Assembly (NCBI RefSeq): GCF_001194135.2
Contig: NC_068990.1
Location: 67,767,371-67,830,749 of the forward strand
Direction of reading: 5' to 3'
DNA length: 63,379 bases
Origin: Octopus bimaculoides
Taxonomy: Eukaryota
The notes under the pieces are model-generated. The model was given only the letters and a program-made list of their open reading frames with translations, was not told the DNA's origin and ran no database searches. Made by a program: the position numbers and the translations under genes. Below, one piece after another: positions 12,701 to 25,812 of the stretch. The stretch's first letter is position 1. Each line of letters opens with the position of its first letter.

Positions 12701-12904
12701 ATTATATAAATAATTATATAAAGAATTATATTAGAACAAGTTTTGTCGCAAGGTCATTTGCTGGCTTTTGCTCAACCCAGTATCAAAATTAAACTCAATC
12801 ACAATATAGATTTTAGATATAATATGCGCAACTTTTCTCATAAGAAGACATATAAACCACTTCTCAGATAAAACAATAAAGTAAAAATAAAGATTAACTG
12901 TAAT

Positions 12905-13230
12905 AAAGCTATAATTATGAAGAAAATGACAGAGGACTGAGATATGTGGTGCATTGCTGTACCCGACCTGCTTGCCACAGAAGAATTCATATCCTAAAAC
13001 CAAGGTGCCTATAAAAAGCAGTAGTGCTGGTGTCACATAAAAAGCACTGGTGGTGGCTTTTTAGAAAGCACTCAGCACACTCTGCAAAGTAGTTGGCATG
13101 AGGAAGGGCATCCAGCAATAGAAACCAAGCCAAAACAGACTATGGAACCTGGTGTAGCTCCTAGCCTTGCCAGTTCCTGTTAAGCCATTCAACCCATGCC
13201 AGTATATTAATGATGATGATGATGATGAAT
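12905..13230 (+). mobile_element. RTE-tail short element
   Basis: GGTG(T/C)CACATAAAAAGCAC units, GAGGAAGGGCATCCAGC, CAACCCATGCCAG, (GAT)n. Confidence 0.75.
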
Positions 13231-13424
13231 GTTTTTGCATATGCTCATAGCTCAGATGAAAATTTGAGACTGGATGACCTTCCTGTTGTAAAACCTTAAC
13301 TGTTTTACAAGTAAATGATTTTTTTTTATTCCATTGGTCTTCAAAAGTGCAGAGCAACCAGCAATAAGGAATATAAGCATCTTAACATTGTTTTGCTCAG
13401 ATAGTACCATGCTAGGGAACTCGG

Positions 13425-13575
13425 TATAAAACCATGAGTTCACTTAGCAATCACATACTTTTACGTGCATTCCCACAGTGTGGCACCTTTTGCAAGTGTC
13501 TTCTATTGTAGCTTTGGGATAATCAAAGCCTTGTGAGTGAATTTGGTGGATGAAAATGGAAAGAAGCCCTTTGTC
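13425..13575 (+). mobile_element. SINE family A head, degenerate
   Basis: GTGGCACCTTTTGCAAGTGTCTTCTA...CAAAGCCTTGTGAGTGAATTTGG. Confidence 0.75.
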
Positions 13576-14099
13576 TGTGTGTGTGTGTGTGTGTGTGTGT
13601 GCATGGGTATCAGAGAATTGTTCAACTGTGCCTCTTTGACTTGTTATCACATTATAGTTGTAAATGAGCATCTCCATCAAAAAAAAAAAAAAAGCAATAA
13701 GGATCATTTCCAATCTTCCATGAAAATATCTCGGGCCATGGAGAAATATTACCTTAGTTCCTGACAGGTGAGGTTTGGTGGCAGGAGGGATACCCAGTTG
13801 TAGGAAAAAAATCAGCTTCAATGAATTCCATTTGGCCCAACAAGTATGGAAAAGTGGATATTGAAACGATGACAATATATATACATATATAACTAGTTTT
13901 GATACAATCTCAGTCTATCAATTCCTATTGCATGCATTGAGCCATATTAGAGTTACAGCAGAAAACAATTGCCCAACTCATGCCAACATAGAAAGGGAAA
14001 GTGAAAATAAAGATGGTGATGATGATGTTAAGTAGTGGTTAGTGTAGCTATTTTCTGCATGATGTTACGGTACCTACTCAATCTCCCAGAGATCTCATA

Positions 14100-14300
14100 A
14101 CATCTTTGAGTTTCATAACTGAATGTAACTTCCTTGCATACTAAACAGGGACTCCACGATGGAGATAATAAGGTTTTGTGACTCATGTTGCTAAGCTGTA
14201 TTTTAGTTTGAGCCATATCTATATTAAGCAAACCTTTTGAACAAACCCTAATCTACCAAGGATCAAACTTATTCTGCAGTTATTTGACAGATACTGCATA
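14100..14300 (-). pseudogene. Possible L1/Tx1-like RT remnant
   Basis: LILGRLGFVQKVCLI*IWLKLKYS...KPYYLHRGVP resembles the RT segment preceding the RGxxQG motif. Weak. Confidence 0.3.
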
Positions 14301-14410
14301 CAACAAGAACTAGGTTATCATAAAAGGAAACAAAGAGAATGACCTTCTACAATTAAATTGATATAGAACATACATAAAACAGGTTATTATTATGAACCAA
14401 AAATAGCAAC

Positions 14411-14465
<55 letters not shown>

Positions 14466-15320
14466 ATATATATATATATATGTATATAGTCAGATAGATA
14501 GANNNNNNNNNNNNNNNNNNNNNNNNNNNNNNNNNNNNNNNNNNNNNNNNNNNNNNNNNNNNNNNNNNNNNNNNNNNNNNNNNNNNNNNNNNNNNNNNNN
14601 NNNNNNNNNNNNNNNNNNNNNNNNNNNNNNNNNNNNNNNNNNNNNNNNNNNNNNNNNNNNNNNNNNNNNNNNNNNNNNNNNNNNNNNNNNNNNNNNNNNN
14701 NNNNNNNNNNNNNNNNNNNNNNNNNNNNNNNNNNNNNNNNNNNNNNNNNNNNNNNNNNNNNNNNNNNNNNNNNNNNNNNNNNNNNNNNNNNNNNNNNNNN
14801 NNNNNNNNNNNNNNNNNNNNNNNNNNNNNNNNNNNNNNNNNNNNNNNNNNNNNNNNNNNNNNNNNNNNNNNNNNNNNNNNNNNNNNNNNNNNNNNNNNNN
14901 NNNNNNNNNNNNNNNNNNNNNNNNNNNNNNNNNNNNNNNNNNNNNNNNNNNNNNNNNNNNNNNNNNNNNNNNNNNNNNNNNNNNNNNNNNNNNNNNNNNN
15001 NNNNNNNNNNNNNNNNNNNNNNNNNNNNNNNNNNNNNNNNNNNNNNNNNNNNNNNNNNNNNNNNNNNNNNNNNNNNNNNNNNNNNNNNNNNNNNNNNNNN
15101 NNNNNNNNNNNNNNNNNNNNNNNNNNNNNNNNNNNNNNNNNNNNNNNNNNNNNNNNNNNNNNNNNNNNNNNNNNNNNNNNNNNNNNNNNNNNNNNNNNNN
15201 NNNNNNNNNNNNNNNNNNNNNNNNNNNNNNNNNNNNNNNNNNNNNNNNNNNNNNNNNNNNNNNNNNNNNNNNNNNNNNNNNNNNNNNNNNNNNNNNNNNN
15301 NNNNNNNNNNNNNNNNNNNN

Positions 15321-16161
15321 TCATGGAACACCTCGGAGACATCCAACTCACACCATTTCCACTCTTCCTGTCACTCTTTGCAACCTCTCTGTGTTTGGAT
15401 TGTCCTTGCACAGGGGCCAATCCATCTGGACTTCTGTCTTCGCTGTGAACAGGGATTAATCTTCTTTCTTTGCTCCTTTGCACCACATGGGCTCAACTCT
15501 CCTCCCCTCGTTATCTAACCCTCCTCCCCTCTCCTCTCTTCCTCTCACATCTACTTCTTCCCACCCACCTCTCCTCTCTTGCTCCGACTCCTACTTCTCT
15601 TTACTCCTACCCACCTTCTCTCTTCCCCTCTCCATTCATTGTCACCCCTCTCTCGTAACCCCACCCCTACGCAATCCAACTCCACCTTCCCTATCCATCC
15701 CATCCCACCCCATCACTTACACCCACTCCTACATACCCCACCTCTTCCTCCACCCCACTCTTGGTTTCCCCACTCTCGCTTCCCACATCCCAACACTACC
15801 ACACCACCACACCACACGCACACACTAGCACTGATCACTTCCCAGCACCCACATCATCATTCACACACCTACACATGCACATCAAGGTCACCAGCCCTCT
15901 TCCACATGCACATACATGCTCTCTTATACACACGCACGAGCACCTTCATTTTGGGATCACTACTACTTTATTATCTCCCCTTCTTCCTAGCTCTCCTGTG
16001 TGACCCCTGTGTCCGGCATTCACCATGACGGATCGCTAGCCACTACACATTATTTTCTCTTCCTGTTTCTTTCTGTGGAAGAGCGTAGGCCCGAAACGTT
16101 AAAGACTTTTTCACTTCCCAAGCGTTAAATTAACACATCTGTTTGTTGTCTACACCGCCTG
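15321..16161 (+). mobile_element. Penelope-like element 3' end: GIY-YIG C-terminus, pyrimidine-rich UTR, hammerhead, tail
   Basis: EHLGDIQL...LSVFGLSLHRG...RCEQGLIFFLCSFAPHGLNS (frameshifted) matches the E-x-x-LI...P-x-GLN end of PLE endonucleases. Gaps on both sides. Confidence 0.8.
16068..16105 (+). ncRNA. Minimal type I hammerhead-like motif, CUGUGGA core variant
   Basis: Perfect stem I TCTTT/AAAGA, core CTGTGGA+A, stem II GAGC/GCCC (one mismatch), GAAA, palindromic AACGTT helix III. Confidence 0.65.
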
Positions 16162-16317
16162 TCTTCGTCTTGTTTTTTTTTNNNNNNNNNNNNNNNNNNN
16201 NNNNNNNNNNNNNNNNNNNNNNNNNNNNNNNNNNNNNNNNNNNNNNNNNNNNNNNNNNNNNNNNNNNNNNNNNNNNNNNNNNNNNNNNNNNNNNNNNNNN
16301 NNNNNNNNNNNNNNNNN

Positions 16318-16355
<38 letters not shown>

Positions 16356-17054
16356 GAGAATTCATAAATGTATATAGATATACATACATACATAAGCTAG
16401 ATAGAAAGAAAGATAGATGTCACGTTATTCTAAATATGTATATGTGAATGTGTACATATATGTAGTAACTATATACATATACATGCTTTGTTTTAACATC
16501 TAACAAACGTGTGTGTTTATACATATTTATATACATTAGATTCCATTGAGATTGGTAAAAATGCCAGTTATTGAAAACAAGCAATAAATAACAACAAAAA
16601 ACATGAGCACAACAAATCAAAATATAAACAAAATAATTATAATTATAAACGATACAGCAAACTATAAAAACCATAAATAAAGAATAAAAATATCATACGA
16701 TGTAAAAAATAAAAATGGCCCAAATTACTTTAAGATACATGTAAGGATCTTGAATAGAATATAATGATGTATGAAAGTTGGTCATTTAACATTATTTTCA
16801 TTGTAGTTTTTTTTTATAAAGATATCAACTTGATTATAAGACATTACAAGATGGCTTGTTTTCTGTGCATAAGTGTGCATGTGCAAGAGAGAGAGAGAGA
16901 GCGAGAGAGAGAGAGAGTGAGAGCGAGAGAGAGAGTGAGAGAGAGAGAGTGAGAGAGAAAGAGAAAGTGTATGTATAGCAATTTGTTATCTCTCTCTCTC
17001 TCTCTCTCTCACACTTTCAAAATGTATGTGTGTGTATGAGTCTTTGTGTGTGTG

Positions 17055-17249
17055 TTAATATTTATATAGTACAGCATTATAGATCCATTTCACCCAATTT
17101 TACCAATCAGTTCCACACACAAGAGTATTCTTCCTAGCGAAGCATTCTAATGAACATGGGGATTGAGGTTTCCCTGAACTCTCCTGTGCAAAACAGATTG
17201 GTAAAATTGGTCAAAATGGATGTACAATATTGTGTTGTATAAATATTAA
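17055..17249. repeat. Inverted repeat with about 58-bp arms (MITE-like)
   Basis: TTAATATTTATA...ATCCATTTTCACCCAATTTTACCAATCAGTT versus AACAGATTGGTAAAATTGGTCAAAATGGAT...TATAAATATTAA, about 80-bp spacer. Confidence 0.8.
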
Positions 17250-17922
17250 TATACTCACTCTATTGATAATTATAGGTAGTCTGTTTGTATTTTTACAACA
17301 GTTTCATCAATCGGATAATTAGCTGAGAATGGCATCTCACATCTACAAGTTGTTAAGACCAGATTGCAAAAATTTCTAGAGAACCATTAGTCAGAGTTTT
17401 TACTGATTTGGTAAAATACTAGTTATAGCATATTGTGTTTAGAAACAAAATTTTCAAGTTGGAATCATAATACAGATATTTCAGATATCATAGAATTTCT
17501 TGTGGTGAAGATAAATGCTACTGCAATACTGCAGACAAAAACATCGGAGACCTGAAGATTGCGGGAATTAATATAAGAAAGAAAATGAAAAATATTTTAA
17601 GTATTTTCAAAGTATATATATAATATGACTATGTATGTTACATATGCTAGTTACAATTTCATTGCAATTGTTTCAATAGTTTGAGGTAGAATAATCTTCT
17701 AAAAAAGAGAAAAGAGAAAAATGTAAGCTACCAAAATGTTTTTTTTTTTTGTTTTCTTCTGTTTTTATTGAACTTATCTCTCAATGTCAGCATTTATCAG
17801 GAAAAAATCTAGTAATAGACAGTGATGACCTACACACAAAATATCAAATGTAACCAAGAGATTTTGATTTATCTCTCTCATATATATGTGTGTGTGTGTG
17901 TATTTATATATATATATATATG

Positions 17923-17986
<64 letters not shown>

Positions 17987-19304
17987 GATATAATTATGTG
18001 TTATAACTTGTATTATCAATCAAAGAATGCTGAAATTCTATGTAAATTGCAGTAAGACTCAAATTTAAGATTCTAATTTATTAATGTCAGTAGCATATGT
18101 AGACTTACAAAGTCTAGACAGATATGGTAAGACTGAGCCAGCATATAATATCATCTCCTGTATATATATTGAGAAATAAACTTGTGTTTGATAGGATATA
18201 GACAATCTTTCAATGTAAGTAATGTTCAGGCCATTAATGCAAATGAGATTACTTTAAACTTTGATATTGTTGTTAAGCTGTGTCATGTTGGTGGGTGAAC
18301 ACATGGAACTGCAGTGACAAACCTGATTTCAGTTGCTTTACTTTCTGCAACAGCAAATACATTGCTCTGCATTGGTCACCTCATGGTAAAAGTGTGAGAT
18401 TTAATGATGTTTACAAGACATTATTGTCATTATATAATTCATCATATTTAATACATCATGGCAGGTTAGTTAAGGTGTTGGATTTTTGTGGTCATTTCAT
18501 TGTATCCTAAAGCAAGACACTTCACCTGACTTGCCTAACTATCCAGTTTACTAAACACTTTATGCATTAAATGTCAATTATTCGATCTCTATTGTGTCAT
18601 CATGCCTGTAGTATTGTTGATATTGTTGTAAGCCTAAAGCATTTCTTTAATGATTCTGCTAATCTATGCAGGAAGTAAGAGTAGTAATGCCTTCATTGTC
18701 CAATCATTCATTTATTTGCTTCATTTAACATCTGTTTTCAATAATAGCATGTCACGGATGGAAGGAAATCATGGCAGGATTTTTATGATTAGATGAACTT
18801 CCTGTCACCAACCTTTACCTGTTTTATATACGTTAATTAAGAAATAGTGAAGTGAAAAGAATTGGGGATAAAAACAAAATAAGCAATAAAAACCTAATTT
18901 CTATTCATTTGTTCTAAATTTGAATCGGAAAAAAAAATGCAAATAAAAATATTTGTTATTTTAAATATTTGAACTAATTTATCTAAAAATAAACAACTCT
19001 AGCTGATGTATAGTTTCTTGCAAAGTCTCATAAAAAAAGTAATCGTTCTTCCATATTTGTATAGTCGTCTGGGTATCTTAAACTTGAAAAATTCATTGTT
19101 TGCTTGCAGTTCAGACTCAATATGATGTGCCAAATGTAACAACTTATTTTAAACATTTGCTTACATTGTATAGGGTACTGCAGAATGACTAATTAAATTC
19201 TTAAATTAAACTTGCGACCTAATTTTAATTTCCTTTCTTTCTTTTGATAACAATGTTAAGAACTCATAAATTTCAAAAATTCCCAGATTCATTTTAAAAT
19301 TATC

Positions 19305-19680
19305 ATTATCCTCAGTTAATGTCCATATTCCATGTTGGCATGGTTTCATAGAACTGAAAACACTAAAGGACTGCATCATGCTCCAATGCCTGCTTTGGAA
19401 TTTTCCCTATGACTGGATGCCCTTCCGAATATTTAAGAACATATATTAGGTGACTTTTTTTTCTCTTTTGTAACACTGGTACTAGTAAGGGTGTCAAGTA
19501 ATTCAGAAGATGGAGAAAAAGACTCCTTGTCTAAGTTGGTTCTGTAGTAGAGGCTGAGGTGATTTAATGCCAGCTAAAGTATGATACAGGAACAAGTACA
19601 GGTGTCTTGCTACAGAAGAGATACAGGGCTACTCTGTATTATATAAGAGTGGGTGGGAAAGAAGATAATTGGTAAAGAAC
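19305..19680 (-). mobile_element. RTE-tail fragment
   Basis: TTAATGTCCATATTCCATGTTGGCATGG...CTGGATGCCCTTCC is the reverse complement of the tail. Confidence 0.65.
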
Positions 19681-19826
19681 TACCATAAAATATTCCCAAG
19701 ATATTATTTATTATTTGAAGAAAAAGTAAACAATATAGTCATTAAATCATTGAAGCTGTAGCATTAAGTAATATAACAACTTATATGTGCATGTATACAC
19801 CAGTGGTGTATTCAGTTTTATTGAAT

Positions 19827-21850
19827 TGCAGCAGTGAGTGGGGTTACTCTAACTCATTCTGTTGTCGGTAGGTGGCGCTTCGATGGCACTTCCACTAAGG
19901 AAATATAAAAACCTTAGTCAGACATTCGTTCTCTCTCTTCTTCTGTTCCCCCTTCTAGGCAGGCAACTTGTCAACTGCCACACACAGCTAGGACAGCTCA
20001 CTCTCTTTTACTCCTGGCCATGACAACTACCACACTATGTAGCTAGAGCAATGCTCACTCTCTATTCTTTCAGCAGGATCCTTTAAACTGCAATGACTAA
20101 TGGCTTAATCAATAGCCACACCGACTGACTAAATTCACTAATAAAGGAAGAAACAGTTGTACACCTTTTATATTATTTTGCGCGCACCTTTGTAACACAT
20201 GATATAAAACTTGTTACACATAACCTTGTCTGAACACTGTTTGTTGCATTCACATACAGCACAACACTAAACAAATGAATCAGACTAATGCTTGACTCCA
20301 TCCTAAAATGGTGACCCTCGCTGTTAGAATATTCCATAATGGACTTTTCTCAAAACAAAAAAATATAGAAAGAGAACTGACGTCAGAGATTTGGATTTAA
20401 ATCACTAGGGAGTAATTTCAACTTCACTTTCAACCTGCTGTGTCAATCACGGCTTACAACTTTTGGCAAAATTGTTAAAAACTTTTCCTTTGCTATTTAC
20501 ATTCTTTCTTTCATTGCAGTATTCACCACGTGGTTCGACCTTTGATAGCTATGCACATCAACTCCATCTTTTGGATTTCATTAATTGGATCAACTCACAG
20601 CTTTGACTTACTGAGTTTTTACAACCCCATGATGCTAACTCATTTACACCAGCTCGACTCTGTTTCATTTTACGGTACTGGACTGCACTCATGTTACAGC
20701 ATCTTTTCTTGCTCTTTGTCTCTCTGATGCAAAGCTTCAGTTTGTGGAATTGCATCAGACACAGCAAGCACTGCTGTAATTTCTACTGTTACTCTGTTGC
20801 TGTTTTGATACCTTCAGGCATCTCACCTCCTTTGAACTATCTTTATATGAACTGACCCTTTTCTTCCATTTTACTGTTTTGCATCTTTATTCTTTCACTT
20901 TTCAGGAAACTTGCATGCTGCTTCTGACATTTTTGCGTGACATGTTGTTTGCATACCTCTTTGCTTCTCGCTTTTACGTTGCCTTCTTTTTGCTTTTTCA
21001 TGTATGTTTTGCACTGTCAACCCCCCTGGCATATTCTGCAGTTCTGCACATTGCCTCAGCTTTGCACCAGCTGGCACATCCTGCACACTGCATCAGCTTT
21101 TCAGTGGCCAGCACACCCTGCACAGTGCTTTAGCCTTGTATCACATACATCTCTACAGATACTGCAAATAAACCTGAATGTTGCTATGTCATTCTTGCTT
21201 GTCCTCAAATTTTATTTGCCTGTATTTTTACTGTTTGCAGTGTTTTACCTTTTCCTTCTATTTTGTGCATTCCTTTCCTGATACTTTCATTTCCTCTTTG
21301 TTCCCTAGATTGGCCTTTTGCTACAACATACCCCCTGTGAGGGGAGTAGTGGAGCAAGGGGCATAAAGGCTAAAGAGAACAGAGCAGAGTTATGTTACCT
21401 CATTCTGTCGTTGCTAGGTGGGGCTTCAATGGCATTTCCACTAGGGAGGTATAAAAACCTAGTCGGACAGTCAGACATTCATTCTCTTTCTCTTCATCTG
21501 TTCCCCCCTTCTAAGCAGACAACTTGACAACTGCCACACAGCTAGGACTGCTCACTCTCTTTTACTTCTGGCCATGACAACTACCACACTATGTAGTTAG
21601 AGCAAGCTCACTCTCTATTCTCTCAGCATGAACCTTTAACCCTCAATGATAAATGTCTTAATCACTAGGCACACCAATTTACTAAATTCATTAACGAGGG
21701 AACAAACAGTTTGTAAACCTTTTATATTATTTCAGACGCACCTTTGTAAAACATGATGATATGAAACTTGTTACACATAACCTTGTCTGAACACTGTCGC
21801 ATACACATACACACAAATGAACCAGATTAATGCTTGATTCCATCCTAAAA
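19827..21850 (+). mobile_element. Small non-autonomous LTR retroelement (TRIM-like, Ty3/gypsy signals)
   Basis: Two diverged direct repeats of about 0.5 kb (19827-20308, 21350-21850), each with TATAAAAACC. PBS TGGTGACCC at 20309 and PPT GAGGGGAG at 21339-46. About 1-kb interior with no recognisable pol. TSD not confirmed. Confidence 0.85.
20309..20319 (+). promoter_or_regulatory. Primer-binding site (tRNA-Trp type)
   Basis: TGGTGACCC directly after the 5' LTR, complementary to the GGGUCACCA 3' end of tRNA-Trp. Confidence 0.65.
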
Positions 21851-22704
21851 GTGATAGTTTAAAAAAATTTAAGAAGGTATGTTCCAAATCATTTGGTCAG
21901 CTATCTCATAGTGGCGACGAACACAAACACCCAACAAGGGGTACTTGTAAATTCTATCAAGAGAAGATCATAAAAAAACATGTAGCATGGTCTCAAAAAA
22001 ACGTTAAAGACTTGTATACTTGCATTTGGTGATCTCTTACAAATTTAGTTCCCAACCTGCCTAAGACTACTGAAGAAGGAGAAGAACAATAATTCATCCA
22101 GACATCAAATCTAATGATTGTTCAGCCACAAAGTATCTATTATGGTTCTTTCATTAAGATTAAAATACTTGACATAAAATTCAAAGCAAAAGCATGCAAG
22201 AGGGTGTTTTTAACATACAAAGACGATTTTCAGCTACAATAACCAAGAACATGTACTTTCTATTGAGTGTGAAAGGATGGCATTCATACATTGACAGTGG
22301 GGAAAGAAGAATGGCTATTGTGTTTAGAATTGACACCTATATATATAAATTTTACTTTATAGAAATAAATCTTTTGGCGATATTCATAAGCTGTCTCTTT
22401 GAAGCTGCTACAATATACTGAATATAATATCTTTGTGTATGTGTGTATATGTGTGTATATGTGCGTGTATGTGTATATATATGTGTGTGTGTGTTTTGCA
22501 CACAGATATATATTAATGAGTGAGACAAAGAATACACATATATACACATGAATATACATGTTTTACTTATATATATATATGTATATATAAATATTATATA
22601 TATATTTATATATATGTATACACAGACAGCCAAACATTTATATATATACATATAAGTAAATATATATATATATATATCATGCAAATGGTTATATATGCAT
22701 ATAT

Positions 22705-22757
<53 letters not shown>

Positions 22758-22785
22758 ATACCATAATTATATACAGGTATGCATT

Positions 22786-22820
<35 letters not shown>

Positions 22821-23196
22821 TTGCAGAACACACACACACTTCTGTGTATACACACATACACACACGCATATATATATATATATATATGTATACATAAATT
22901 TACACACACACATATACATTTAATAACACTTATAACACAAAAATAAGGAATCAGCTCTCTCTCTCTCTCTCTCTCCCTCTCCCTCTATCTTTGTGAGTGT
23001 ATGTATGTGGATGTGGGACTGTGTATATGTGTATATGCGTGAGGGTGTGTGCAAGCACAGAGAATACTGTCCAATATGCTAACATCAAAATTACCAGTGA
23101 AATCTACATCAGACTTTCATGTTAAACATTTTATCTTGGAGATAAAGTAAAATATCAAATAACTTATTCACTTCATCTTTCCAGCTCATAGAAATA

Positions 23197-23223
23197 TGAA
23201 ATAATAGAAATCATAATAATAAC

Positions 23224-23264
<41 letters not shown>

Positions 23265-23305
23265 TGGTGATGATAATGATAATGATGATGATGATGATAA
23301 TAATC
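23197..23305. repeat. (AAT)n/(GAT)n compound microsatellite
   Basis: Directly visible. Confidence 0.95.
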
Positions 23306-23411
23306 ACAAATAAACAAGTAAATAAATAAAAGTTTATGATTACACAAGAGTGTGTATTTGAAGTTAAAAAAATAAACAATTCAAATTGGGCTGTATTACA
23401 TGTATATATGG

Positions 23412-23517
<106 letters not shown>

Positions 23518-23610
23518 TTATATATATATATATACACACATACACATACATGCACACACATATATATAAGTGGATATATGAGTATTTGAGTGTTTATATG
23601 TGTTCATATT

Positions 23611-23647
<37 letters not shown>

Positions 23648-24112
23648 TTATTTACCTATACATTTATATACTCATACATCTATATATTTATATATACATG
23701 CAGACACGCACAAACAAACACACATGTGCATGCATATACATGTGTGTATATGTGCATGTGTGTGTATGTGCATGTATGTTTTTGTAAAGTGGTTTGTTAA
23801 TTGCTATTACAAAATAAAATAGGTGAATTATAAAATATCTTAAATAAACTTCAAATACAAGTCAATCGCAATTAATATACAAGTTAAACTAGCTTAAAAC
23901 TTGAAAGTGAGGCTTGTGTACACATACAGTTGAAAAACCTCTAGCAAAATTGAGATGTTAACTCAATGAGGCAGTAAAATAGTTTCATATTTTATCATTA
24001 AAGAAATACACGTAGTGCTTGTTTGTAACTTTTCTGACTAAGCGACACCAAGGGCTAATCCAGAATCACATCAAAATCTCAGTGCATTTGATGCAGTGGA
24101 AAACACACATAT

Positions 24113-24161
<49 letters not shown>

Positions 24162-24505
24162 ACGAAATGGAGAGAAAAAAAAGGTAAGAAATGTGTAAAT
24201 GTGTATGTGTGTTTCTGTGTGTGCTATCTATGTCTGATGAAATGAACAGTTGGTTGTAAATTGTATAGAATAATATAGCAACAACATGCAAATACACACA
24301 CACACACATATTTTTATACATACAAACGCATATCCATATAAATTCATATATACATGATTACATGCACATATAATTATTTACACAATATACATATATATAT
24401 ATATATATATANNNNNNNNNNNNNNNNNNNNNNNNNNNNNNNNNNNNNNNNNNNNNNNNNNNNNNNNNNNNNNNNNNNNNNNNNNNNNNNNNNTATATAT
24501 ATTAA

Positions 24506-24720
24506 GGCGGTGAGCTGGCAGAATCGTTAGCACCTCGGGTGAAATGCCTAGCAGTAGTTCATCTGCCATTACATTCTGAGCTCGAATTCTGCCGAGGTTG
24601 ACTTTACCTTTCATCCTTTTAGGGTCAATTAAATAAGTACCGGTTACACACTGGGGTCAATGTAATCAACTTAATCCCTTTGTCTGTCCTCGTTTGTCCC
24701 CTTGTGGGCAATAAAGAAAG
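24506..24720 (+). mobile_element. SINE family B, low-divergence copy
   Basis: GGCGGTGAGCTGGCAGAATCGTTAGCAC...GCCGAGGTTGACTTTACCTTTCATCC; CpGs retained. Confidence 0.88.
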
Positions 24721-25299
24721 AAATATATATATATATGCAAAATATAATAGCTCTCCCTCTTTCTCTTGCTCCTCTCTGTCTCTCTCTCTCTTACTCTCTC
24801 TCTATATATATGTAAGCATATAAACATATATGTATATATACTGATATATATTCATATATAAATATATATATATATTCATATACACACATACATATATTCA
24901 TACTCATACACACACACACACACACATGCATATGCACTGAGAAGCATTTGGGCATTTGCTGGAAGCATTGTAGGACATACTAAAATCAAGTGTCATGTAG
25001 AAGCAATGACAATGCACAGATAAAACTTTAAAAAAATAAAAATAGCAACCATATTGAAATATTAACTTTAGAAACTTCTAATTATTTCTAATATTTTGAG
25101 TTAAAACTTCTTTTCAAAAGCATTAAAGAATAAATATCCATTTTGTTGGTAAATCAAATACCAATTTGCAATATTCCAGTTACCACATATTTTAGAGGCA
25201 TAGAAATTTAGGGTTGATTACCATGTGCTACAACCTAAATGTCCAAGTATGGCAGCATGTGCATGAAAGAGATTGGATCAAGTATTGTGAAGCATAATT

Positions 25300-25585
25300 T
25301 TCATAGTATCTATTGATACTCACTCGATTCAAACCAGATATATATTGGTGACAGATGGTTTCTGAATAGCCTTGTTATACACAACTTACTGATTTTGTAA
25401 TCTGTAGCTTTAATGGTAACTACAACATCCTTATTTTTGCCACTAATTTTCTCAAGATGTTTTTGTTTAATTAAAAAAAGCCGATGTGCATGTGTTGAGA
25501 TGCTCATTCATTCAAATGTTTAGTGACACGAATGATGCTGTCAATGATGTATCACTTGTTGCATTTGACACACTGGATCTAACAT
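25300..25585 (-). pseudogene. Decayed GIY-YIG endonuclease remnant (Penelope-like)
   Basis: IQCVKCNK*YIIDSIIRVTKHLNE resembles CxxC-YIG...RLNEH, followed by KHLEKISGKNKDVVVTIKATD in a shifted frame. Confidence 0.45.
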
Positions 25586-25591
25586 AGAATG

Positions 25592-25812
25592 TACGATGGG
25601 GTGCTGAAAAGTCCTTGCTTTTGGGTAAAAGAAAATACAGGAGGATCAGTTAATTATGATGTTATTCAACATACTTCCCTCTCAGATTCATATACTCATT
25701 GCAATGATCCTTCAGTTTTTTTTAAACCTTGTATAAGAACTCAGAAGGTTGAGTATCCGATCAGGCCTGTCATGATACTATTAAAGCCAGGAACTTTTCA
25801 GCATACATCGTA
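25592..25812. mobile_element. Mariner-type MITE
   Basis: TIRs TACGATGGGGTGCTGAAAAGTCCTTGCTTT and AAAGCCAGGAACTTTTCAGCATACATCGTA, with TA at both ends. Confidence 0.85.

Noticed and set aside
14353-15486. 377-aa and 318-aa ORFs
   Set aside because: They span the N gap at 14503-15320.
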